The notes under the pieces were generated by a model. It ran no database searches, was not told the DNA's origin, and worked only from the letters and a program-made list of their open reading frames with translations. DNA of 64,000 nucleotides, from the NCBI GenBank assembly GCA_965247115.1, contig CBDFGR010000002.1:1024001-1088000 (forward strand). The letters run 5' to 3'. Position numbers and translations under genes: made by a program. Shown piece after piece: positions 1 through 9,518 of this stretch (the first letter of the stretch is position 1; each line of letters starts with the position of its first letter). This DNA is from Myxococcota bacterium (lineage in GTDB: Bacteria > Myxococcota_A > UBA9160 > SZUA-336).

Positions 1-490
1 GCGCCTCGACTTCCCGCGGCCCGAAGCGGCGGTCCCGCATGGTGTCGATCACCACGACGTGGTCGCTCGCCAGCTGCATCAGGTCCTTGTCGGTCGACAC
101 GATCTCGACGTCGAGACCCTTCTCGGTTGCGGCCCGAACGAGTGTGGCAATCACGTCGTCCGCCTCCTCGCCCTCGTACTCGAGCGACGCAAAGCGGTAC
201 GCGCGAACGATGCGGCGGATGTTCGCGAACTGCGTCTTCAGGTCATCGGGCGTCACGTCGCGCGTGGCCTTGTACTCCGGATAGACCTGCTTCCGACGCT
301 TCTTGCCGGGCGCGTCCCACACCACGACGAGATAGTCAGGGGTCGTCTCCCGCAGCGTCTTCTGCACCATAGTCGTGAAGCCCAGCGTCGCGTTCGTGGG
401 TACGCCCGCTGCGTTGGTCAGCGTCGGAATCGCATAGAACGCACGAAAAATCGACGAGCTCGCATCGATCAGCAGCAGCTTCTCGCTCAC
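1..490 (-). CDS. polA: DNA polymerase I, N-terminal 5'-3' exonuclease domain (runs off the left edge)
   Basis: Manual translation from GTG at 490: (M)SEKLLLIDASSSIFRAFYAIPTLTNAAGVPTNATLGFTTMVQK...YKATRDVTPDDLKTQF...YEGEEADDVIATL...DKDLMQL...DTMR, the typical PolA/FEN N-terminus. Not in the ORF track because it has no stop in the window. A standalone 5'-3' exonuclease cannot be excluded. Confidence 0.88.
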   Translation of the reverse strand, partial: MSEKLLLIDASSSIFRAFYAIPTLTNAAGVPTNATLGFTTMVQKTLRETTPDYLVVVWDAPGKKRRKQVYPEYKATRDVTPDDLKTQFANIRRIVRAYRFASLEYEGEEADDVIATLVRAATEKGLDVEIVSTDKDLMQLASDHVVVIDTMRDRRFGPREVEA

Positions 491-530
491 TCTCTCGGTG
501 TACCACGGCTCCTTCTATCCGCCAACCTGC

Positions 531-685
531 CTTGCGGGACCCGGCGCGCGAGCGGTCGCGCGCCACCCACCTCCGCTCAGGGCTACGCCCTTCGCTGCGC
601 GCCCCGCTCCGCGGCGCTTGCATGGCTGCCAAGCCTCGTAGGAGGTGCCGGTTCTCCACGGAATCTGAACTTGAGGACGGTCCTA
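531..685 (-). repeat. Structured multi-hairpin repeat element, copy 1 (long form, with terminal GGACCGTCC motif)
   Basis: Reverse complement is near-identical to 18018-18175; contains the core GCGCAGCGAAGGGCGTAGCCCTGAGCG. Confidence 0.9.
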
Positions 686-1786
686 GTAACGATTGGCGAG
701 GTCTTGGTTGGTTTGGATTTGGTGGAGGTCTTGTTTGGTTTTTGTGGGGAAGAAGCGGCCGCGAGGGCCGCTGCGGGGGGTGACGAGGTAGTTTGTGGGG
801 GCGTGCGCAGAGAGCTCGTTGATGAGGCGTTCCATCTGGACGGCGGTGCGACCCTCGACGTCCTTCTCGACGTAGAACCACGTCAGGGGGTGCGGCTCTG
901 CGAGTAGCTCGACCGAGATCACGAACGTGTTCGTAGCGATGACCTCGAGTGACTCGGTGTCGAAGCCCTCTGGCCAGCGGAAGCTCTCGACGACCTGCAG
1001 CCCGCCGTCCACGAAGGCGGGCGCGCCGCCCGCATCCCCTGGCAGGCTCTCGGTTACCTCGACGGTGAGCGGGCTTTCGTGCGCGATGTGGTAGCCGACA
1101 ATCGTCGGATCGAGCACGGCACCGAGGTTGTCGATATTGGATAGCACGAGCAGTCGCACGCCGCGGTCTCGCAGCAGCGCAAGGGTACCGGACTCACGGA
1201 TGAAGTCGGCGAAGTCTCCGTGGCCCGGCGCGTAGGGGGAGACCGCTCCCGACCGATCGCGGAAGATGTCGCCGCTCGGCGTGAGACGTAGTGACAAGCC
1301 CTGAAGAAAGGTGCGCGTGTCCGCCCCGAGCTTCTTTTCGCTGAGGAAACGCTCCGTCGCGGCAGACGTCGCAAAGCTGTTCATGATCACGAATGGAGCT
1401 GGACTCAGGCTACGCGCCTGCTCGAGCTTGAGCTCGAGAAAGGTCCTCTCGCCGAGCACCGGAACCATTCCCTTCACCGCGCCGCCAAAGCGCGTTGCCA
1501 TCCCGCCGTTGAGAACTGCCGCAGCCACCTCACCTGCCTCGAGCGCGCGGCCTCCCAGCTCGGAGTAGCTCTCCAGCTCGGATTCCGAGAAGAGCCCGAG
1601 CCTGTCGAGATCTTGCAGGCGGGCGGGCTCGATGCGGCCCGTGATCCGGTTCTGCCGTTTCCCGATGCTACCGGCGGCGATCTCGGCGCGTGTGCGCTCG
1701 ATCCGATCGCGGTCCATGCGGAGGCCCGGGAGGTTGCCGAATGCCAGCTGGACCTCTCGTTCGAGCTCGTCCCAGTCGACCGTCAC
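683..1786 (-). CDS. UTP--glucose-1-phosphate uridylyltransferase (UDPGP/UAP family)
   Basis: LNGGMATRFGGAVKG, IMNSFATS, PGHGD, SNIDNLGA and QMERL motifs of the UDPGP superfamily. Confidence 0.85.
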   Translation of the reverse strand: MTVDWDELEREVQLAFGNLPGLRMDRDRIERTRAEIAAGSIGKRQNRITGRIEPARLQDLDRLGLFSESELESYSELGGRALEAGEVAAAVLNGGMATRFGGAVKGMVPVLGERTFLELKLEQARSLSPAPFVIMNSFATSAATERFLSEKKLGADTRTFLQGLSLRLTPSGDIFRDRSGAVSPYAPGHGDFADFIRESGTLALLRDRGVRLLVLSNIDNLGAVLDPTIVGYHIAHESPLTVEVTESLPGDAGGAPAFVDGGLQVVESFRWPEGFDTESLEVIATNTFVISVELLAEPHPLTWFYVEKDVEGRTAVQMERLINELSAHAPTNYLVTPRSGPRGRFFPTKTKQDLHQIQTNQDLANRY

Positions 1787-1872
1787 GGCCGTTCGCCTCG
1801 CACTTGCACTAGCCGGCCCCGCTCCGCGATGATTCCTGTCTCCGAATACGGCGGAACGAGGTCCCGACGAGA

Positions 1873-2319
1873 ATGACAGAGCAGCTCTACTTCGCCTATG
1901 GCTCCAACCTCGACGCGGAGCAGATGCGCGAACGCTGTCCCGGATCGACGCTGCGCTTTCGCGCGCGGCTGCCAGACCACCGGCTCGACTTTACTCACTA
2001 CTCCACCCGCTGGTCGGGTGGTGCCGCTGACGTCGTCCCCGAGCCAGAGAGCGAGGTCTGGGGCGTGGTCTACGAGCGCGTCGACTTCGCGCTCCTGGAT
2101 CGCTTCGAGAGGGGCTATGATCGCGTCGTGCTGCGCGTGATCGACGACGCCGATCGCGTTCATGAGGTCACGAGCTACAGCGTGCGCGAGAAGAGCCGCT
2201 TCGCTCCGAGCGACGTGTACCTGGCGAAGATCCTGCACTGGGCCAAACGCTGGGAGTTCCCAGAGCGCTATCTCAGCCAGTTGCCTGCACCCACTCAATC
2301 GCGACTGCGGCCCAGCTAG
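1873..2319 (+). CDS. Gamma-glutamylcyclotransferase family protein
   Basis: YFAYGSNL N-terminal motif, VWGVVY, LDRFE. Confidence 0.88.
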   Translation: MTEQLYFAYGSNLDAEQMRERCPGSTLRFRARLPDHRLDFTHYSTRWSGGAADVVPEPESEVWGVVYERVDFALLDRFERGYDRVVLRVIDDADRVHEVTSYSVREKSRFAPSDVYLAKILHWAKRWEFPERYLSQLPAPTQSRLRPS

Positions 2320-2346
2320 GCTCGCGAATGCCGGTGCGAGCGACGG

Positions 2347-2586
2347 TCACGCTTCGGCGCGCGCCTCGATGTATTGCACGATGTCACCAATCGTGCGGAT
2401 GTTCTCGACGTCATCATCGGGCACCTCGATGCCGAACGCCTCTTCGAGCGCCATCACGAGCTCCACGACGTCGAGCGAGTCCGCACCAAGATCGTCCAGC
2501 AGGTTTGCCTCTGGAGAGAGCGACTCCTTATCCACGCCGAGCTGGTCCGTCACAATCAAGTTCACACGCTCGCTGAGCGCTTGCAT
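2347..2586 (-). CDS. acpP: Acyl carrier protein
   Basis: 79 aa from ATG at 2586 with a preceding GGAG RBS; DLGADSLDVVELVMALEEAF phosphopantetheine site. Confidence 0.93.
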   Translation of the reverse strand: MQALSERVNLIVTDQLGVDKESLSPEANLLDDLGADSLDVVELVMALEEAFGIEVPDDDVENIRTIGDIVQYIEARAEA

Positions 2587-2677
2587 CCCTACTCCCCCTT
2601 TGCTCGCGGCTACGACGCACCGCGGCAAGCTCCTGCCACCTCGAGAGTCACCTGTAGTCACCCTCCAGGGCGCGATC

Positions 2678-2706
2678 AGTTTCCCCGACACCTGCAGGGT
2701 TGTCAA
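2678..2706 (-). promoter_or_regulatory. Putative sigma70 promoter upstream of acpP
   Basis: Minus strand TTGACA-N17-GAAACT. Confidence 0.4.
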
Positions 2707-2743
2707 CGCGGAACAATGGCTCGAACGCGCTCGGCGAACTTCG

Positions 2744-3697
2744 CTAGACGTCGTCACTCCCGTCGTAGGCCAGGCTCTCGAAGAGCGGGGTCGTGAGGTA
2801 GCGTTCGCCGAAGTCCGGGAGGATCGCGACGATCAACTTGCCGGCGGCCTCGGGCTCTGCGGCCACCCGGAGCGCGGCCACGACAGCAGCACCCGACGAG
2901 ATCCCGGACAGGATGCCCTCCTCCACGGCCAGCCGCCGCGCCATCTCGATCGACTCGTCGCTGCTCACCTGGACCACCCCGGCCAGCACGTCGGTCTCGA
3001 GCACGTCGGGAATGAAGCCGGCGCCCAGACCCTGGATGCGATGCTCGCCGGGACTCCCACCAGAGATCACTGCGGCTTCCACGGGCTCGACCGCGATCGC
3101 TTTGAAGCCCGGCTTTTTCGCGTTGAGTACCTGCGCAATCCCCGTAATCGTTCCACCGGTACCGACGCCAGCCACGACGTAGTCGAGCTCTCCGTCCGTG
3201 TCGCGCCAGAGCTCGAGTGCGGTCGTCTCTCGATGAACGGCAGGGTTCGCGGGGTTTTTGAACTGCTGCGGGATGAAGCTGTTGGGAATCCTCGCGGCGA
3301 GGCGTTCCGCTGCCTTCACCGCACCTTGCATCATGTCCGCTCCGGCAGTGAGAACCAGCTTGGCCCCGTACGCGCGCAGTACGATCCGCCTCTCGAGCGA
3401 GAAAGTGTCCGGCATGGTGAGGATGAGCTTGTAGCCCCGTGCCGCTGCGACCATCGCGAGCGCGATGCCGGTGTTCCCGGACGTCGACTCGATGATCACA
3501 GACTTTCCCGGCTCGATGACCCCCTCACGCTCCGCGGCCTCTATCATCGCGAGACCGAGCCTGTCCTTGACGCTGCTGGCCGGGTTGAAGCCTTCGAGCT
3601 TCGCGACGATACGCGCGGGCGCACCGGCCGCCACACTGTTCAACCTTACCAGCGGCGTGCCGCCGATCAGCTTCGTCACGTCGTTCGCGATCCTCAT
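2744..3697 (-). CDS. cysK: Cysteine synthase A
   Basis: [14 protein letters not shown] (PLP lysine), [30 protein letters not shown]. Confidence 0.95.
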   Translation of the reverse strand: MRIANDVTKLIGGTPLVRLNSVAAGAPARIVAKLEGFNPASSVKDRLGLAMIEAAEREGVIEPGKSVIIESTSGNTGIALAMVAAARGYKLILTMPDTFSLERRIVLRAYGAKLVLTAGADMMQGAVKAAERLAARIPNSFIPQQFKNPANPAVHRETTALELWRDTDGELDYVVAGVGTGGTITGIAQVLNAKKPGFKAIAVEPVEAAVISGGSPGEHRIQGLGAGFIPDVLETDVLAGVVQVSSDESIEMARRLAVEEGILSGISSGAAVVAALRVAAEPEAAGKLIVAILPDFGERYLTTPLFESLAYDGSDDV

Positions 3698-3712
3698 GTC
3701 CTCTGGCCTCTC

Positions 3713-4072
3713 CTACTCGCCGGATGGTAGCACGAGGTTCGTCGAGCGGATCTTCGCTCCCGACGCACGGAGTAAGAGCTCGCGCGCTAGATGAGTGACA
3801 AGCTTGCGGAGACCCGGGCTGCGTTCCGGATGCGTCAGCGGATCGACCCGCAATGTCGTCGACCCATCCGTGTGTCGCGAGATCCGCACGTAGAACGACA
3901 GCTTGCGGCCTGCCTCCACGACGAGCGCTTCGATCAGGACATCGCGACCCTCTCGCTCGAAATAGACGCGGTCCGCCCGCAGAACGTCTGCTCCGCTCCG
4001 GAGCAGTACCGGCGCAAAATCGCGCACCCACGATTGGAGGTCCAGTTCGCCCTCGAAGACGAGGTGAGGCAC
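3713..4072 (-). CDS. Hypothetical protein
   Basis: 119-aa ORF tightly packed between rnhB and cysK on the same strand; composition is protein-like. Confidence 0.7.
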   Translation of the reverse strand: MPHLVFEGELDLQSWVRDFAPVLLRSGADVLRADRVYFEREGRDVLIEALVVEAGRKLSFYVRISRHTDGSTTLRVDPLTHPERSPGLRKLVTHLARELLLRASGAKIRSTNLVLPSGE

Positions 4073-4864
4073 TCAGGCTCCCTCGCGGGCGCTGCGCACA
4101 GGAGCGAAGGAGTTTCTGTGGACGGGAGTCGGTCCGCGCCAGACGAGCGCGCGCAGGTGTTCCGCAGTGCCGTAGCCCGCGTTCCTGGCGAACCCATAGC
4201 CGGGGTAGCGAGCATCGAGCTCCAGCATGCGGCGATCGCGCCAGACCTTGGCAACGACGGAGGCCGCCGCGATCGATCCCACCTTGCGATCGCCGCCTGC
4301 CACGGCGCGCTGCTCCATCGCGAGTCCCGGGACGCGCCGTCCATCGATGAGTGCGATCTGCGCTGGCTCCTCGAGGGCTTCGAGCGCTCGCCGCATTGCG
4401 AGTAACCCCGCCTGGTAGACGTTCACACGGTCGACTTCCCCCGGCTCGACCCAGCCAATTCCGAGCCCTCGCGCACAGTCCCGAATCTCGAGATCGAGGC
4501 GCTCTCGGACCGCGGCGCTGAGCAGCTTGGAGTCGTTCAACCCATCGAGTCGCGTTCGCCGCGGAAGAACGACTGCGGCAGCGACGACGGGACCGGCCAG
4601 GGGTCCCATCCCGACCTCGTCGACCCCTGCGATGCACTCGACGCCGTGCAGGCGGAGCTCACGCTCCATGTGGAAAAGTCGGCGCAGCCGGCGACTCTCC
4701 GCGTTGGTGCGCTTGCGCCGCAGCTCGAGCTGCAACGCGATGTCGCGGGCGCCGAGGCGCGGATCCTCGTGGAGAGAGCGCAGCAGTTTGCTCGTGACCC
4801 TTCCGGACCCGCTCGCGTACTTGCGACGGATCTCCTGCAGCGGTACCCCCCGGACCTCTGGCAT
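4073..4864 (-). CDS. rnhB: Ribonuclease HII (with N-terminal extension)
   Basis: AGVDEVGMGPLAGPVVAAAV, DSKLL, LIDG, SIAAASVVAKV, GYGT, HRNSF; ATG at 4864. Confidence 0.95.
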   Translation of the reverse strand: MPEVRGVPLQEIRRKYASGSGRVTSKLLRSLHEDPRLGARDIALQLELRRKRTNAESRRLRRLFHMERELRLHGVECIAGVDEVGMGPLAGPVVAAAVVLPRRTRLDGLNDSKLLSAAVRERLDLEIRDCARGLGIGWVEPGEVDRVNVYQAGLLAMRRALEALEEPAQIALIDGRRVPGLAMEQRAVAGGDRKVGSIAAASVVAKVWRDRRMLELDARYPGYGFARNAGYGTAEHLRALVWRGPTPVHRNSFAPVRSAREGA

Positions 4865-4869
4865 GAGAG

Positions 4870-5916
4870 TCAATCCTCGTCGTCTGTGTCGATCTTCTTC
4901 TCTAGCTCGCGCACTCGGCGCAGGAGCTCCGGCAGGCGCTTGGAGGCGACCATCACGCGGCCCCACAGCCTGCGCTCCATGTGCGGATAGCCGAGAACCT
5001 GCATGTCTGGCCCGACGTCGCTCGTGACGCCGGTCTTGCCGCCGACCAGCGTACGCTCGCCGATGTGCACGTTGTCGCCCACACCCACCTGCCCCGCAAG
5101 AAAGGCGCCCGCACCAACGGAGCTGCTGCCGGACAGGCCGACCTGCGCGCAGAGCGTGGCGCCGGGCCCAATGCTCGAGCCGTGTCCCACGTGAGTCAGG
5201 TTGTCGATCTTGACGCCATCGCCGATGCGCGTGCGCACCTGCGAGTGCCCGCGACGGGAATGTCCGGGGTGGGCTGCATCGATCGTGGAGTTTGCGCCCA
5301 CCTCGCAGTCATTGCCCAGCTCAACCGGACAGCGATGGGGTACACGAACTCGTGTACCATCCTCCCGGAAGACGAAGCCGAAACCCTCTGCCCCGATCAC
5401 CGCGCCATTCTGGATGACGCAGCGGTCCCCGAGCGTTACCCCGTCGCGCAGCTGGGCCCCGGAGTGGATCTCGCAGTCCACGCCGATGCGAACGCCGGGG
5501 TAGAGCGTCACGTGCGGGTGAATGCAGCTGCGATCCCCGATCCGCACGCGACTGCCGAGCACGGCGTAGGCCCCGATCGAGACGTTCAGACCGAGAACGA
5601 CATCCGCGGCCACGACGGCGGTCTTGTGCGTGCCGGGCGCCGGCCGCTCCCGTGGATAGAGGATGTCGACGGCACGTGCGAACTCCGCGTACGGAGCTGT
5701 GGCTCGCAGGCAGGGTCTGCCGCGCGTCTCGAAGTCGGGAGGTGCGAGGAACACGGCGCCCTTGGAGGCTTCGAAGTCCTTGCTGTACTGCTCCCCCGTC
5801 ACAAAGCTCAGCTCCGACGGGGTCGCATCGCGCAGCCCGGCCAGTCCCTGGATCTCGAGGTCGGGATCCCCCTCGAACGCGAGGCCGAGAGCGGTGGCGA
5901 GTTCCTGAAGTCGCAC
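4870..5916 (-). CDS. lpxD: UDP-3-O-acylglucosamine N-acyltransferase
   Basis: GTG start at 5916 (VRLQELA); hexapeptide repeats, IGAEGFGF, KIDNLTHVGH. Confidence 0.92.
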   Translation of the reverse strand: MRLQELATALGLAFEGDPDLEIQGLAGLRDATPSELSFVTGEQYSKDFEASKGAVFLAPPDFETRGRPCLRATAPYAEFARAVDILYPRERPAPGTHKTAVVAADVVLGLNVSIGAYAVLGSRVRIGDRSCIHPHVTLYPGVRIGVDCEIHSGAQLRDGVTLGDRCVIQNGAVIGAEGFGFVFREDGTRVRVPHRCPVELGNDCEVGANSTIDAAHPGHSRRGHSQVRTRIGDGVKIDNLTHVGHGSSIGPGATLCAQVGLSGSSSVGAGAFLAGQVGVGDNVHIGERTLVGGKTGVTSDVGPDMQVLGYPHMERRLWGRVMVASKRLPELLRRVRELEKKIDTDDED

Positions 5917-5921
5917 GTGCC

Positions 5922-7460
5922 TCAGCTTCCGAGGAGCTTCCCGAGCGGCGAGAGGTAGCGCAGTCGCAACGCGCGGTGCTCGGCACGCAGCGCACTCGTG
6001 CGGTACGGGTAGGCGAGCGAGCGCTCCCGTTGACGAAAGCTCGGCCGCACCACAGATTGCACGTGGCTGTAGCTCTCGAGTCCCGCGTCGGCGCCAACAT
6101 GGCTCTGCCGGATCGCGCCCGGCGAGCCCTCGGAGATCGGAACCCAAGCGGTCACGTTGTTCACCGTGACTCGAGCGGCAGCGATGCGACTCGCAAGCTG
6201 TCTGGCGCGGTATCGATCTCGCGTCCACAAGCTCGCGCGCGGACGGTAGGTCGAATTGCTGGCCAGACGCACGGCCTCCTCCTCGTCCTTCACGATCTGG
6301 ACGGGTAGCGTCGGCCCGAAGGTCTCCGCGCGCATCATGGTCATCGCGTGGCTCACGTCCACGAGCACAGTCGGCTCGTAGAAGTAGCCCTCGAAGCCAG
6401 GGTTGCGCCGCCCGCCGGTGAGCACGCGCGCGCCCTTGTCGACCGCGTCGCTGACCTGCCGGTCGATGACATCGAGCCGCGCGGGCGAGCTCAGGGAGCC
6501 CACGTCGACCTCTCCCCGGGACTCCGGACCCTGACGCAGAACACGGGTCAGCGCGACGACGCGATCGACGAAGGGCTGCGCGACTTTCTCCACGACGTAG
6601 ACGCGCTCGATCGACGTGCAATTCTGCCCGGAGTTCGCGAACGCACCCCAGACGGCGCAGCGGGACGCTCGTTCCAAGTCCGCGTCGTCACAGACGATCA
6701 AGGGGTCGTTTCCGCCGAGCTCGAGTCTGCACGAGATGGACCTGCGCGCGCACTCCTCCGCGACACTGCGCCCGCTCTGCGCCGAGCCTGCAAACGAGAT
6801 CCTGTTGCAGCCTGCATCGACGAGCGCCATACCCGTGGAGGCATCCCCGGTGAGGACCTGGAAGACCCCTTCCGGCAAGCCGGCCGCCTCGAACAGCTCG
6901 GCCAGACCCAGCCCGACCAGAGGCGTGACCTCTGACGGTTTCAAGACCACGGTGTTCCCCGACATGAGGGCCTGGACGGTCGGGATCACTGACTGGAGCA
7001 GCGGGAGGCTACCCGGACTGAGGACACCCACCACTCCCAGTGGACGGTGCGAGAGGACGTGCGTCTCGGTCCGAATCCGACGGGTGCGCTCGCGGTGGTC
7101 CCCGAGCAGCCGCTTCGCCTTCTTCGCATAGAACGTCAGCGCGTTGCAGCACGCAGACACCTCGCCGGCAAGCGCCTCAATGCGCGGCTTTCCCGTATCG
7201 TTGCAGACCGTATCGACGACGTGAAGGACGCGTTCGACCAGCGTGTCGCGCACCCTCAGCAGCTGCCGACCGCGTTCGTCGAAGCCGAGCTCGGCCCAGC
7301 TCTCCTGCGCCGCCCGAGCGCGTCGGACGGCACTCTCCACCTCCGTCGACGTCGCGACCCCGATCTCGCCCTTCTTCTCGAGGGTGGCGGGGTTGAGCAC
7401 CTCGAGCTTGCGCCGTCCGTGAAGCTCGCGCGGCCCGTCGAGGGGCTGTATCAGCGCCAT
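5922..7460 (-). CDS. Aldehyde dehydrogenase family protein (several consensus motifs altered)
   Basis: KPSEVTP, LELGG, NSGQNC, ETFGP; the canonical PWN motif is replaced by PGS. Confidence 0.88.
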   Translation of the reverse strand: MALIQPLDGPRELHGRRKLEVLNPATLEKKGEIGVATSTEVESAVRRARAAQESWAELGFDERGRQLLRVRDTLVERVLHVVDTVCNDTGKPRIEALAGEVSACCNALTFYAKKAKRLLGDHRERTRRIRTETHVLSHRPLGVVGVLSPGSLPLLQSVIPTVQALMSGNTVVLKPSEVTPLVGLGLAELFEAAGLPEGVFQVLTGDASTGMALVDAGCNRISFAGSAQSGRSVAEECARRSISCRLELGGNDPLIVCDDADLERASRCAVWGAFANSGQNCTSIERVYVVEKVAQPFVDRVVALTRVLRQGPESRGEVDVGSLSSPARLDVIDRQVSDAVDKGARVLTGGRRNPGFEGYFYEPTVLVDVSHAMTMMRAETFGPTLPVQIVKDEEEAVRLASNSTYRPRASLWTRDRYRARQLASRIAAARVTVNNVTAWVPISEGSPGAIRQSHVGADAGLESYSHVQSVVRPSFRQRERSLAYPYRTSALRAEHRALRLRYLSPLGKLLGS

Positions 7461-7566
7461 ATGCTGAACGTCTATAGGATCAGCGTATCCGCGTCAATTT
7501 GCCCCTGTCGAGACACCCGCTGCCGTCCCGCCTCCTCCGACCGCAAACCACGCGCAACCGAACGCC

Positions 7567-7675
7567 CGGGGCTTGGCACCCATGCAAGCGCCGCGAACGC
7601 GGCGCGCGCAGCGAAGGCCGTAGGCCTGAGCGAAGGTGGGTGGGCCGCGGCCGCCCGCGGCCCGGGTCCCACAGG
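7567..7675 (+). repeat. Structured repeat element, copy 2
   Basis: GCAAGCGCCGCGAACGCGGCGCGCGCAGCGAAGGCCGTAGGCCTGAGCGAAGGTGGG...CCCACAGG. Confidence 0.9.
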
Positions 7676-7682
7676 ACAAGGC

Positions 7683-8078
7683 TCAGGAGAAGTACTCGAG
7701 CACGTCGGTCTCCGTCACGATGCCGATCAGCTTGCCGGCCTCCAGCACGGGCAGACAGCCGATCTTCTGGCGCGCCATCGTGCGCGCCGCTTCCTGAATC
7801 GACCTGTCCACGTCGATCGAGATCGGGGGCGCCGACATCACCTCGGAGATCTTGACACCCTCCAGGAAGATCTTCTGCTCCGCGGCCGGGAGTCCCATGA
7901 CGTTGGACAGCGAGGCGCGCAGCAGGTCGCGCTGAGAGACGACACCCACCAGGTCCCCGAGACGCACCACCGGCAGGTGTCGCGTGTCTCCGAACTCCAT
8001 GATCTCCTTCACGATCCACAGGTTGTCATCGGCCGGGATGGTGACGACGTTGGTCTTCATGATGTCGCGGATGGTCAC
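7683..8078 (-). CDS. CBS domain pair protein
   Basis: IRDIMKTNVVT, RHLPVV, GVVSQRDL, IGCLPV, GIVTETD. Confidence 0.9.
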   Translation of the reverse strand: MTIRDIMKTNVVTIPADDNLWIVKEIMEFGDTRHLPVVRLGDLVGVVSQRDLLRASLSNVMGLPAAEQKIFLEGVKISEVMSAPPISIDVDRSIQEAARTMARQKIGCLPVLEAGKLIGIVTETDVLEYFS

Positions 8079-8140
8079 AGGGCCCGTCTACCACGCCAGG
8101 GGTACGGTTACAATCCACTAGGTCCTGCTAGAATTTCGCC

Positions 8141-8557
8141 ATGAGCCAAGCGTGGGAGTCCGAGCCGGACCTCGACCCGTCGCGCACAGGAGAACGCTCG
8201 GGCCCGCTCGAGTCCCTGTTCCGGGAAGGGCTACGGCGCGCTGCGTCCCTGGGCTTCAGCTCCTTCTTCCTCACGGAGGAGGCCCTGCGGCGCGCCTTCA
8301 ACGACTCTGTCCCGCGCGAGTGGATCGAATACGTCGCGCGCCAGGGAGAAGACGTTCGAGCCGAGCTATTCAGGGCCCTCTCGCAGCAGTTCCAGAAATG
8401 GCTGAGCGAGATCGACGTCGTCGAGGTTCTGAGCGAGGTGGCACGGCGTCACGACATCTCCGTGCGCCTCGAGATCTCGGCGGCCCCCAAGCAGGAAGAG
8501 GATACGAAGAGGGAGTCCCCTCGCTCCCCTCTCGAAGTGATCTCGCGGCGAAAGTGA
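8141..8557 (+). CDS. Hypothetical protein
   Basis: 138-aa helical-looking ORF directly upstream of the LLM gene. Confidence 0.7.
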   Translation: MSQAWESEPDLDPSRTGERSGPLESLFREGLRRAASLGFSSFFLTEEALRRAFNDSVPREWIEYVARQGEDVRAELFRALSQQFQKWLSEIDVVEVLSEVARRHDISVRLEISAAPKQEEDTKRESPRSPLEVISRRK

Positions 8558-8561
8558 GGCG

Positions 8562-9518
8562 GTGAGAGAGCTCCACGTCGGCGTGACTCCGTGGCTCTCG
8601 GACCCCGGCGGATCGGGGACCAGCCTGCCCGCACAGGCCGAGACTGCCGAGGCGCTCGGGATGCGCTCCTTCTGGCTCCCGGAGAGCCACTTCGTTGGGG
8701 CCGGGCCCATGCCCGCCCCGCTGCTCCAGCTCGCCGCAGTCGCCGCACGCACAAAGACGCTGCGGCTGGGGACCACTTCGTTTCTGCTGCCCCATCGCCA
8801 TCCTCTTCAGGTTGCCGAGGAGGTGGCCGTGCTGGACCAGCTCTCGATGGGGCGAACCATCCTCGGTGTCGGGCGGGGCTTCCGGAGCGCGCTGTTCGCA
8901 GCGTTCGATGTCCCCATCCGCGACAAGCGTGACCGCTTCGAAGCAGCTCTCAAGGTAATGTGCGGCGCGTGGGCCGGCGAGCCTGTGGGAATGGATCCCG
9001 ACGGCGAGGGCACTGAGACCCCGATCCTTCTCTCTCCCTTACCCGTGCAGCGGCCGCATCCGCCCATCTGGGTGGCCGCGTTTGGACCCAAGGCCCTGCG
9101 CCAGGCCGGGCGCCTCGGTCTACCGTACCTGGCCTCGCCGATGGAGACGATCAGTCGGCTGGAGGAGAACTACGCGCTCCACAGAGAGGCCTGTCCCGCG
9201 GAGCCGCCGAGTGATTTCGCAGTCCCCATCATGCGCACGCTCTTCGTCACGCGCGAGAAGGAGCTCGCCGATCGCGCCCGCCTGGCCCTGGAGCGCCAGG
9301 CCGCCGCGCTGTCACGCTCGCGCACGGTCCTGCGCCGGCCGCAGAGCTCGGTCGACGAGTGGGCCCTGATCGGGGAGCCGGGAGCTGTCTCCGATTCCCT
9401 CGCCAGCTACCGCGCGCGTCTGGGGATGACGCACCTTATCGTCCGACCCGGCATCCCGGACATCCCGCCAGTCGAAGTACGCAAGTCCCTGGAGCTCATC
9501 GCGGAGCTGGCAGCCTAG
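8562..9518 (+). CDS. LLM-class (luciferase-like) flavin-dependent oxidoreductase
   Basis: WLPESHF, AARTKTLRLGT, HPLQVAEEVAVLDQLSMGR, PVQRPHPPIWVA. Confidence 0.9.
   Translation: MRELHVGVTPWLSDPGGSGTSLPAQAETAEALGMRSFWLPESHFVGAGPMPAPLLQLAAVAARTKTLRLGTTSFLLPHRHPLQVAEEVAVLDQLSMGRTILGVGRGFRSALFAAFDVPIRDKRDRFEAALKVMCGAWAGEPVGMDPDGEGTETPILLSPLPVQRPHPPIWVAAFGPKALRQAGRLGLPYLASPMETISRLEENYALHREACPAEPPSDFAVPIMRTLFVTREKELADRARLALERQAAALSRSRTVLRRPQSSVDEWALIGEPGAVSDSLASYRARLGMTHLIVRPGIPDIPPVEVRKSLELIAELAA

Noticed and set aside
4870..6621. 583-aa LpxD with a long N-terminal extension or fusion
   Set aside because: The extension is an Arg-rich off-frame read-through overlapping the ALDH gene; the real start is GTG at 5916.
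7472..7679. Small ORFs translated from the repeat element (e.g. HPPSLRPTAFAARAA, LRSGLRPSLRAP) as a peptide family
   Set aside because: These recur only because the GC-rich repeat lacks stop codons in most frames, and they have no consistent start or RBS. Only the cheW copy lies in a credible gene.
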